Assembly (NCBI RefSeq): GCF_009914755.1 | Contig: NC_060925.1 | Direction: 5' to 3' (one strand) | From: the human T2T-CHM13v2.0 reference genome, Homo sapiens | Length of the DNA: 64,000 nucleotides | Shown here: in pieces, positions 44,801 through 54,787 of the stretch | How the letters are laid out: the number at the start of each line of letters is the position of its first letter | How positions within the stretch are numbered: the stretch's first letter is position 1 | The notes under the pieces: generated by a model | What the model was told of the DNA's origin: nothing | The model's database searches: none | The model's input: only the letters and a program-made list of their open reading frames with translations | Position numbers and translations under genes: made by a program

Positions 44801-45476
44801 CCTACCTCATGGAGTCTTTGTGAGAATTACATGGCAAATACATGTAGTGCACAAGGCAACACTATCATAAATATTTGACTTCCATTACTTCTGCTACATT
44901 TCTGGTTGAAGAAGACCATTTTATCGGAGTGAAGTAATTCTGGGCTGGGACACAAGACTTAGGCTCTGTCTTCAGCTCTGTCATTAACTGGCTTTGCAGT
45001 GTCATTGTGTTGACACTGACTCAATGACTCCAAATGCCATATTCTTTACCACTAGGCGACAGTGCACATTTGAAGTCACATAGGATTGGAATACATGTAT
45101 ATTTTTCAGTCCATATGGAATTAAACCCCATATTTTGACTTACTTAATATCCTCAGAGTGTAACTGGACAGCTTTGCAGAGGTCTTTGTGGATATCTGGG
45201 CTCTGTAAGAGCCTGTGTCTTCCATCTTCAGGTTGCTGAGTTGCAGGGAGTAGGACTGGGTGAAGTTCAGTCGCTTTCCCTGTTTCGGATTAGTCACGTG
45301 GATTTCTGGACTTTTGGTTTCATGGGGTACTATGAAGGCAAGAGATGTTTCATTGAAAAGCCAAGTGATGAAGTTGACCTTCTCTCCTGCAGGAAACTCC
45401 AGGGGAAGAGTTACTGACTCCCCCAGAATCCCGTTCACCATCAATGGGGTTAAGCTGCTTTGTGAAACTACATTCC
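35790..45476 (-). CDS. SLAMF6: SLAM family member 6 (NTB-A/CD352), spliced CDS of exons 2-8; 5'-partial because exon 1 is outside the window. Exons: 45144-45476, 40208-40471, 39658-39768, 39281-39319, 38171-38253, 36187-36258, 35790-35837
   Basis: The exons join in frame into IgV - IgC2 - TM - tyrosine-motif tail ([22 protein letters not shown]...RATALDNVV*), which I recognise as human SLAMF6. All acceptors are polypyrimidine+AG and the phases are consistent. Confidence 0.98.
36187..36258 (-). CDS. SLAMF6: SLAMF6 exon 7 (72 nt, phase 0-0), containing the ITSM TIYSTI (36202-36219)
   Basis: Acceptor TTCTTTTTACAG|GAAAC and donor AGAG|GTAAGC. Translation [24 protein letters not shown]. Confidence 0.95.
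36893..37228 (+). mobile_element. Alu (AluJ-type) in SLAMF6 intron 6, antisense to the gene
   Basis: Alu consensus with a long A/C-rich tail. Confidence 0.94.
38171..38253 (-). CDS. SLAMF6: SLAMF6 exon 6, containing LEYVSV and the ITSM TVYASV (38186-38203)
   Basis: Tandem acceptor TTAACAG|CAG|AGTCC and donor CAGG|GTGAGT. Translation [28 protein letters not shown]. Confidence 0.95.
38650..38780. mobile_element. MIR in intron 5
   Basis: agatgaggaactggaggctcagaaaacttaactgacttgtgcaaagccatacag. Confidence 0.7.
39281..39319 (-). CDS. SLAMF6: SLAMF6 exon 5 (39 nt), membrane-proximal tail [13 protein letters not shown]
   Basis: Acceptor TTATTTTTCAG|ATTCC and donor CCCG|GTGAGC. Too short to appear in the ORF track; read by hand. 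Confidence 0.93.
39658..39768 (-). CDS. SLAMF6: SLAMF6 exon 4, transmembrane segment (111 nt, phase 1-1, GC donor)
   Basis: Acceptor TTTTCAG|ATGTT. Encodes [23 protein letters not shown] followed by RKRR. An in-frame join to exon 5 requires the donor AG|GCAGGT. Confidence 0.93.
40208..40471 (-). CDS. SLAMF6: SLAMF6 exon 3, IgC2 domain (264 nt, phase 1-1)
   Basis: Acceptor poly-T CTGCAAACAG|GACAA and donor GAAG|GTAACA. Encodes [11 protein letters not shown]...FRW...[11 protein letters not shown]...KLC with the four SLAM C2 cysteines. Confidence 0.97.
41435..41625. mobile_element. MIR in intron 2
   Basis: ttggagtcaagacctg...aagcctcagtttccttatctgtaa. Confidence 0.75.
41750..42720 (+). mobile_element. 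L2 3' region in intron 2
   Basis: ccaaaacctctggagttatc...ggactattgcaatggtctcctaattgg...ctcactgatgtattccaggtgcctataacagtgcc...aaatattgttga. Confidence 0.82.
42767..43128 (-). mobile_element. MaLR solo LTR (MST/THE1 family)
   Basis: tgtattagtt...gaggtttaattgactcacagttc...gatttgggtggggacacagagccaaacc. Perfect 5-bp TSD gcagt. Confidence 0.92.
43545..44009 (+). mobile_element. MLT1B/C-type MaLR LTR
   Basis: tgtagtgggttgaata...ggacttctggcctccagaactgtgagagaata...ggaaagtaataca. Confidence 0.88.
45144..45476 (-). CDS. SLAMF6: SLAMF6 exon 2, IgV domain (333 nt, phase 1-1)
   Basis: Acceptor TTTACAG|GGAAT and donor TTAA|GTAAGT. Encodes ESVTLPLEF...ITWLF...[19 protein letters not shown], a CD2/SLAM-type V domain lacking the canonical disulfide. 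Confidence 0.97.
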
Positions 45477-45874
45477 CTGTAAACACAGAAGGAAAGGTTT
45501 TAAAAATGTTCCTGACCATCTCCCTGCCAAGTCCTGCACCCTTTCACCTAACGCTGCCAGTCTGTTAGAGCTCTCTGATACCAAAACTCAGAGATATGAC
45601 AGAGTAGGAAAGGGTAGGAGATGTTTCTAAATGAATAATCACAGTCCCAGAGCTTCACCTCCAGCAAAATGTCAGCCACTCTTGGTTAGTAGGCAGCTAG
45701 TCTAGATGAAACCGGCCCAGTCCACGCTGGGTCCTACACTGGCTGGTCACTCCTAGGTCATAACTATACTTTGTGATCCTAGCCTCTGAAGTCCTTGGAC
45801 ATTAGGTTGAGGGGGACAGGAAACTATAGACTCCAAAAACTGCAAGTCTTTGCTAATAAAGCATAATTAAAGCC

Positions 45875-46165
45875 TGATATTTACTGATTACTTACTGTGT
45901 GTCCAACATAGTAGGCTTGTGCAACTTAGAAGGCTGGTAACAGGGACTAATATCAGGGATTTATAGGATAGTCAGTTCTTCTTATATATTATTTCATTGA
46001 CGCTGACTACAGTCTGTGAGGCAGGCAGGATGGATATTATTACTTCCATTTATAGATAAAGGAACTGAGCTACAGAAAAGTTAACTAATTTTCCCAGGGT
46101 TGCACAGCTAAAGAATAGCAGAGTCAGGATTCAAACCCAGGTCTTCTGACTCCAGTGACTTTGTG
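45875..46165. mobile_element. MIR in intron 1
   Basis: ccatttatagataaaggaactgagctacagaaaagttaactaattttcccaggg...caggattcaaacccaggtcttctgactcc. Confidence 0.8.
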
Positions 46166-46584
46166 CTGTCTTCATGATACCAGAAGATTTTTTTTTAATT
46201 CTCTCAGAAAGATTATAGTTTAGTTATTGAGGAGACAAAATGGATACATATAGAAATAATAAATATAATTTCAAAGTAACACATGATGGCCACATTCTTG
46301 TGAACTTATTCAGAACTATCAATGTTTAAGCAAAAACGGTGAAATGGTCACAATGATTCTTAAAGAAGATGCTTCCTTAGCATCCTTTCCCAAATTCTTA
46401 GCAATTATTACACTATTTTGTAGTTTTGTTCACCTGTTTGTCTAACTGACCACGCCTTAATTAGCCTTGCATGTCAGTACTCAGCACCATGTCTGACACA
46501 TAGTAGAGTCTGTGGAAATGTTCTAGTGGGTCAATGAATGAATAACTATAACAATTACCTCAACCTTCTCAGGATCTCTTGCTT

Positions 46585-48790
46585 CTTTTTCTTAAAAATT
46601 TCAACTTTTATTTTAGATATGGGGGTACATGTGCAGATTTGTTACATGGGTATATCACACCCAGATAGTGGACATAATAACTAATAGGCAGTTATTCAAC
46701 CCATTACCTGTTCCCTTCCTTCCCCCTCTAGTAGTCCACAGCGTCTATTAATCCCATATTTATGTCCATGTGTGCTCAGTGTTTAGCTCCCACTTATAAG
46801 TGAGAGCATGTAGTATTTGGTTTTCTGTTCCTGTGTTGGTGTGCTAGGATTATGGCCTCCAGCTCCACCCGTGTTACTGCAAAAGACATGATTTAATTCT
46901 TTTTTATGGCTGGTTAGTATTCCATGGTGTATATATACCAAATTTTCTTTATCCAATCCATCATTGATTGGAACCTAGGTTGATTCTGTGTCTTTGCTAT
47001 TATGAATAGCATAGTATGAACATACAAGTGCATGTGTCTTTTTGGTATAATGATCTATTTTCCTTTGGCTATATACCCAGTAATGGGATTGCTGGGTTGA
47101 ATGGTAGCTCAGTTTTAAGTTTTTTGAAAAATCTCCAAACTGCTTTCCACAGTGAAAATTTATATTTCCCAATAACAGTGTATAACTGTTTCCTTTTCTC
47201 TGCAACCTCACCAAGTGGGACCTAGCACCTGTTTTTTTTTTATTTTTTGACTTTTAATAATAGACATTCTGAAAGAATGAAGGGTCCAGTTTCAATCTTC
47301 TGCATATGGCTATACAAAAATACAAAAAAGTGTATTAGTGTATTCTGAATTTTCTGTTCTCTTCCAGCTGTCATTCTGACAGAATGGCTATTATTAAAAA
47401 GTCAAAAAAGTGTTATTTGTCCATTTTCACACTGCTGATAAAGACATACTCAAGACTAGTAATTTATAAAGGAAAGATGTTTAATTGACTCACAGTTCCC
47501 CATGGCTGGGGAGGCCATGGCACTCACAAGCATGGTGGAAGGTGAAGGAGGAGCAAAGTCACGTCTTACATGGTGGCAGGCAAAGAGAACATGTGCAGGG
47601 GAACTCCCCTTTACAAAACCATCAGAACTCATGAGACTTATTCACTATCATGAGAATAGCACAGGAAAGACCTACCCCCAGATTCAATTACCTCCTACCA
47701 GGTCCCTCCCATGACATGTGGGAATAATGGGAGCTCTACAGTTCAAGATGAGATTTGGGTGGGGACACAATCAAACCATATCAAAAACCAAACCAGCATC
47801 TATTGTGTTCTTTTTTTTGACTTTTTAATAATAGCCATTCTGACTGGTGTGAGATGGTATTTCATTGTGGTTTTGATTTGGATTTCTCTGATGATTACTG
47901 ATGCTGAGCATTTTTTCATGTTTGCTGAGTGCTTGTATATCTTCATTTAAGAAGTGCCTGTTCATGTCCTTTGCCCATTTTTTAATGGGGTTATTCGTCT
48001 TTTTGCTTATTGGTTTAAGCTCCTTATAGATTCTGGATATTAGACCTTTTGTTGGGTACATAGTTTGCAAATATTTTCTCTCATTCTGTAAGATGTCTGT
48101 TTACGGTAATGATAGTTTCTTTTGCTGTGCAGAAGCTCTATAGTTTACTTAGGTTCCACTTGTCAATTTTCGTTTTTGTTGCAATTGCTTTTGGGGACCT
48201 AGCCAAAAATTCTTTGCCAAGGCCAGTGTCAAGAAGGGTATTTCCTATTTTTTTCTAGGATTTTTATAGCTTGAGGTTTTACATTTAAATATTTGATCCA
48301 TCTTGAGTTAATTTTCGTATATGGTTAAAGGTAAGGGTCCAGTTTCAATCTTCTGCATATGGCTAGCCAGTTATCCAGCACCATTTATTGAACAGGGAGT
48401 CCTTTCCCCATTGCTCGCTTTTGTTGGCCTTGTCAAAAATCAGATGGTTGTAAGGGTGTGGCTTTATTTCTGAGTTTTTTGTTCTCTTCCAGTTGTCTAT
48501 GTGTCTGTTTGTGTAACGGTACCATGCTGTTTTGGTTACTATAGTCTTATGGTATGGTTCAAAGTCAGATAGTGTGATGTCTCTGGATTTTTTGTTTTTG
48601 CTTAGAATTGCTTTGACTATTTGGGCTCTTTTTTTGGTTCCATATGAATTTTAGAATGGTTTTTCTAATTCTGTGAAGAATGACATTGGTAGTTTGATAG
48701 GAATAGCACTGAATCTAGAAATTGCTTTGTGTGGTATGGCCATTTTAACGATGTTGATTCTTCCAATCCATGAGCATGGAAAGTTGTCAT
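46585..48790 (-). mobile_element. 5'-truncated L1PA15/16-L1PB-type element, sense to SLAMF6, interrupted by an LTR and a rearranged patch
   Basis: 3' end aacttttattttagat...gggtacatgtgcag, followed by ORF2 C-terminal homology ([11 protein letters not shown]...[15 protein letters not shown]). Confidence 0.9.
47411..47783 (-). mobile_element. MaLR solo LTR (MST/THE1 family)
   Basis: Same family motifs as 42767-43128; ends aaaccatatca; flanks aaaag / aaaac. Confidence 0.9.
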
Positions 48791-49039
48791 TTCTGAGGGT
48801 TTCTTATTTCTTATAGGAGGAGCTGAATAGGGAAGGAAATGTCTCTTGGAGTCCTAGTGCTCAGCTCCTGGGTGAGCTTGCACTTCCTCTCTCTTTCATG
48901 AATTGTCATATGGGTTCCAGGCACATGAACATTGCTGTCATCAACATCTTTCCCATCAGCATTTTAACACACTGTTATTTGTCATCTTTATTCCTCTTTC
49001 CTCTGAATCACATGGGTGAATACCACAAGCAACATTTTG

Positions 49040-49325
49040 AGCAGAATGTCCAGATACCAGAGAATACAAATATATGATTCTATTTATTTAAAGTTGATAA
49101 ACAGACAAATCTATGCTGTCAGAAGTCAAGAGAGTGGTTACCTTTGAGGAGGGAGAGGTGGTGAATAGGAGGGAGTATAAAGGAAGGATCCTGGAATACT
49201 GATAATGTCCTATCTCTAGATCTGTATTTGGCTACACAGATTTGTTCATTTTATGATAATTCATTGAGCTGACATTTAAGATTCGTATAGTTTTTCTCTT
49301 TGTATTTCAGTTTAAAAAGTTAAAA
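49040..49325 (+). mobile_element. Old L1ME 3'-end fragment
   Basis: tatgattctatttatttaaagtt...tcagaagtcaagagagtggttacctttg...ataatgtcctatctct. Confidence 0.65.
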
Positions 49326-49359
49326 CAGTAACAAAAGCAGAGCAAAACAAAATCATGTC

Positions 49360-49852
49360 TATGGTCTATAAGGACCAAAATGATCTGGCCATTTCTCTTT
49401 CTTTGACCTAATTCCTATATTCTCCCCCTTGTTCACTTTGCTCCAGCCCCCTTGGCTATTCCTTGAGCAGGCCAGGGCTTTTGCATTTGCAATCCTTTCT
49501 GTCTGGAATGTACTTTCTCCAAGTATCCATGCAGCTCACTCTTTTGCCTCTATAAAGTCATTAATGCAAACATTCCTGCTCAGAGAATTTAAAGAAGTGT
49601 GACCACTCTTTTTGCACCATCAGCCCCCATCCACCCTTGCACATCCAGCTGCCTTTGGATTTACCATCTAGTACTTACCATCTAGTATACTTTATAATTT
49701 AAATATTTGTTTTTGTTTATTTTCTCACCTCTCCACTAGAATGTAATCTCCATGGAGACAAAGATTTTTGTCTGTTTTGTCTACTATTGTGAACATTCTT
49801 GAACAGCACCTGGCACATAGTAAGCATCCCATGAATATTTACTGAGTGAATG
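49360..49852 (+). mobile_element. L2 3' end
   Basis: cagggcttttgcatttgc...tctggaatg...gaacagcacctggcacatagtaagcatcccatgaatatttactgagtgaatg. Confidence 0.8.
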
Positions 49853-50035
49853 GACATATCTCCATCCCTTCTCTTGGAGGTTTTCTGTCTAGAATGTTAA
49901 AGCTCAGTTCCTTTTGGTAGGGAGTCTGGGCTTACTCAGTGGCCTAAGGACTCACCAGGAGCTGTTCTTCCCTTGCCTGGAACGCTTGTTTAAGTTCCAT
50001 TGATTTTATAGATTGAAATAATTAGTTTATGTAAC

Positions 50036-50205
50036 AAGATTTTATCTACGGCTATTTATCCTGCTTACAAGAAGAAAGTCAAGGCTAAGGCAGAGTGGTA
50101 GCCTGTCTAGGCATTAAAGGAGTGCCCCAAAACAGAGCCAATCTGCAAAGACAAGCACAGAAATTTATTTATTTGTTTGTTTGTTTATTCATTCTGGTGT
50201 TCAAA
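50036..50205 (+). repeat. Dispersed direct duplicate of 53983-54154
   Basis: The 140-bp core at 50066-50205 matches 54016-54154 with about 4 differences. Confidence 0.95.
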
Positions 50206-52458
50206 TATTCTAATATTTGCTAACTTCCATGCTAATTCAATTAGTAAAACCTTAGGAACCATGGCATATTTATTAGGTCTGTTTTATGTACCAGTTTCTA
50301 GACTGGAAACTGGGAATATAAGATACTGTCAGTCCTCTGGGTCCATCATCTGATAGAGGAGCCTGACAGGTAAATGAGTAGTTAGTTCTGATGTGGTGGG
50401 TTGGGCATTGAGCTAGTGTAAGGCTTGCCTCTGCATTGCCCTCGTATCACTATTGCAGTTATACATGCAATTGCAAGCAGTTCTTTCTCTTTGTTATAAT
50501 TACAAGATTATTTTCTTTTCTTTTCCATAATCTTGAGGTCAGGGATTCTGATTATTATTTCTATATTCCTAGAACTTAGCACACAATTTCTAGCTCAATA
50601 AATGTTGAATTGTTAGAGATATGTGCTCCATGGGAGCAAAAATTTAGAGAATCATGAACTGGGAAGAGTTGGGAGTTGTCAGGGAACAGTTCACAGGAGA
50701 TGACACTGTAGCAAAGTCTTGAATAAAAGCTATGAGTTCTCCATTACTTAATTATTTGTAATTCTTCCAATAATGCCTTGCTTTTTTTTTTTTTTTGCAC
50801 TGCTTTTCCCTCTGCTTAAAATGCCTTTCTTCATCTTTCCTACATGGTAAGCTCCTATTTATCCTTCAAGGATGAGCTAAAATATCTGTTTGCCTCTTAT
50901 ATTTATGGGGGTTTTGCATTGGTACATGGGGAAGGGGAGAAAGGAGTTTGTGGTGAAGCAAAGGGAGAAGGAGCACAGGATGGATGAGATGGTAGGAATA
51001 GTTCCCCACAGACCCAAAACCAAACCAAAGCAAAACTAGATTTGAGACAATATGCTTAGGGACAGTGAAGGTCAGATGCTACTGAAAATGTTTAAAAGAC
51101 CCTGCATGAGACTTTGGACAGGAGCAGAGCTGCTTCGGGGCCAAGGTGTTGTGGTGTGGCCCAGAGGGCACATGGAGGTCCTTTTCTCTGCTCTGCCAGG
51201 AATCAACACTGATGCTTTGGGAGCATCCGGGACCAGCACCCTTGGCATGGACATTGATGTTCTTGGAATAAGCAGGGCATCTAAATGGCTCTGCTGGCAT
51301 CCTGTGTGGGGGACTAGAACCAGAAAAGGAGATTAAGAATGGGAAAGATGCCTCATGTTGGCTACAACTCGTAGGCTGCTTTGGGGACTCATGGGAAGCT
51401 TTCCTTTGAGACTCTCATAAGTCACTGGGGAACTCCTTGCAACATGAAGGTGATGCTGAGGTCTTGCCCATCCACTGGTGAGGATGTCAAGACAGCAGAC
51501 ATTTGGGGTACATTTGTTTACAAGTTTCATCTACTGTATGATGTGTTTTGGGGAACTCAAATAATATCTTAGTCAGCATTGTATTTCCCCATAACCTGGT
51601 CCAGGGAACTCAGTGAATGTTAAGTAGATTGGAATTAGAATAGAGAAGTTTTTAAGGGTTACCTGATTAGTGGAGGGTTAGTTTGGAAGGTATTAAAAAA
51701 CATGAAGTATTTTTGAAAATTGGCAAAGTATAAAGAGAGCAGTGTCTTAGGAAAGAGAGGAGAGAGGTAGAACTAAGCAGATTCTGAAAAAGAGAGAAAA
51801 GTCAAGGAACTTTGGGTTTCTAACCTGAGGGACTAGCTTAGGCCCATCTATAGCTAACAGGAATATAGCAAGCTGTGTTAGCTCCACAGGAGGCAAATGC
51901 AGTATGAAAGAGAGTAGGGGCTGATTTCTCAAGAGAATTTAAAGAGAAGGGAGGAGAAACATAGTCAGGATATTGAGAAGGTAGGACAAATGGAAGTTAC
52001 TCTTTAGGTAACAGAGTCCTGAGCAAATTTGGAGCAAAGGGAAGCAGCTGGGAGAAAAAGAAAAAACTTAAGATATGGTGAAAGGGAGTATTCAAAACGG
52101 TGTCATTTCTGAGGAGGAAGCCAGGGTGGGCTTAGGAGCATAAGTGAAGAGGTTAGTCTTGGGTAGACGTGGTTCTCCTTTTCTTTTGAGACTGAAAAGA
52201 ATAAGGTTAAAGATCTCAAAAGATTTAGAGGGTAAAGGGGAAGAAGTTGGAATATTTCGCTTATGTTTTTCTCAAAGTTGTTCTAAGAGAAGTAGATCTC
52301 ATAGAATCTAGAGGAAGACGGATGAGACATGTAAAAGCTGCTATGAGGAATTTGTTAGGAAACTGACAAGTCATCAATAAATGAGTGTGGAAGCAGTGAG
52401 GAGGAATTGGCCAAGCTTGGTTGACACGCACCATTCATGGAGTCCATCCAGTTTTTCA

Positions 52459-52537
52459 TTGGCTGGTGCGAAAGTGATTGCGGATTTTGCCATTACCTTC
52501 AATGGGAAAATCCGCAATCACTTTTGCACCACACTAA
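52459..52537. mobile_element. MADE1 MITE in SLAMF6 intron 1
   Basis: Palindrome tggtgcgaaagtgattgcggattttgccatt...aatgggaaaatccgcaatcacttttgcacca. Confidence 0.9.
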
Positions 52538-52907
52538 TAACTTTCTCCAATGATTATAGCACCTGTAGCCCAGGAACAGGGAAAGAAGGTGCTGGGGATC
52601 ACCTAATATTAGCAATAGGCATAGTATAGGTAGGTGTGGCATCAAAGGGGAGAGGGATTTCAGGGGAATGGTGACTACTTTGTTGAAATTGCTGGCCTAA
52701 AGTCTGAGGGTCAGTGACATTAGTCAAAATGGCACAATAAATAACTGCAAGGGTCCATCCCTCCACAAAAAACATGCACACTCATGCGAACACACACAGA
52801 GTGAGCAAACATTGTCAGAATCAACTTTGTCAGAACTGTAGAAACTAGTCAAAGGATTATAGCAACCAAACAAATGATGGGTCAAAAAAAGAGGCAACTT
52901 AAAAATG

Positions 52908-53135
<228 letters not shown>

Positions 53136-53136
53136 A

Positions 53137-53490
53137 GTTAAAAAAAGCCAAATACATAGAAACAAAGTATAAAGCAGTGGTTATCAGAGGTGGAGAGAGG
53201 GAACAGAGAGGAAATGGGGAGATGTAGGTCACAGGGTACAAAGTTGCAGATATGTAGGGTAAATAAGTCTAGGAATCTAATATACAACATGAAGGCTATA
53301 CTTATATGATTGTATTGTATACCGAACATTTGCTCAGAGTAGATTTTAGATACTCTTACCATACTTGCACAAAAAGGGTAACAGTGCAAGATAATGAATA
53401 TGTTAATTTGCATGACTAGGGTAACCATTTCACTGCATATATCAAAATGTCATGTTGTACAGCTTAGATATACACAATTAAAAAAAAATC
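53137..53490 (+). mobile_element. L1MA-type 3'-end fragment
   Basis: aaatggggagatgtaggtcacagggtacaaagttgcag...taaccatttcactgcatatatcaaaatgtcatgttgtac, followed by an A tail. Confidence 0.75.
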
Positions 53491-54474
53491 ATTGGGGAGC
53501 TTTGCAGAATGTTTGATTGCCCTTTCCCCGATCTTTTTTCTCCAACTTGATAGCAGTCTTGAAGACAGCCGTCTACATTTTCAGTAGGAGACCATGGTCA
53601 CTGGTTCCAGCAGGCATAGAGCAGAACTGGTTCTGAAAGAATTGTATTTGTCTGTTTTCAACTATCTGGATGCTCCCTAAAAAACTGAGGAAAAGCACTT
53701 GTCTTTGTCTCAACTACCTCTCTTTCAGGTAGAAAATTAGCCATGCAGAGGACATTTCTCATAAACACTGAAAGGCAATGAATAACCCATCAATACCTGG
53801 GGCAAAACATTATAGTGGAGGCAAAAAATAGATATGTCGAATGCCTGGGAAGAAAAGCTGGGGAGAAAGATTCTTAGAAGAATTCAGGCATTAAGAAAAT
53901 GTCTGCTTATACCAGGGAATTTGGAAAGCCACATACATGCCTAGGGCAGGGTGCATACTTAGAAAAGTTCTGAGAAGACTCTAAGATTTTATCTATGGCT
54001 GATAATTATGCTGGGTACAAGAAGAAAGTCAAGGCTAACGCAGAGTGGTAGCCTGTCTAGGCATTAAAGGAGTGCCCCAAAACAGAGCCAATCTGCAAAG
54101 ACAAGCACAGAATTTATTTATTTATTTGTTTGTTTATTCCTTCTGGTGTTCAAAGAAATATCTGTCAAAACACTAGTTGACCATAAGCTAAAGAAAAAGA
54201 CATTTTAGAGACTACATGTGACAAATAATATGTTTACAAAAATAGTTTAGAATAGTCACTAAAAAAACAAGAATTACAACCCAGAGCAAGCAACAAAACA
54301 AAATACTGAGGAAGGGGAAGAGTCTGATTTCCAGAGTTATCATATTATAGTATTAAAAATATCTAGTTTCAACAAAAAATTATAAAGCATGTGAAGAACA
54401 AGAAAGTGTGACCCATTCACAGGTGAAATAAACAGAAATTGTCCCTAAGGAAGGACAGATACTGGATTTGCTAG

Positions 54475-54787
<313 letters not shown>

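Noticed and set aside
45477-45519. MVRNIFKTFPSVFT extension as the true SLAMF6 N-terminus
   Set aside because: It is intron 1 polypyrimidine-tract sequence that happens to be in frame and does not look like a signal peptide. The AG acceptor at 45478-45477 explains the boundary.
45260-45568. 102-aa antisense ORF over exon 2
   Set aside because: It is the shadow frame of a coding exon and has no independent support.
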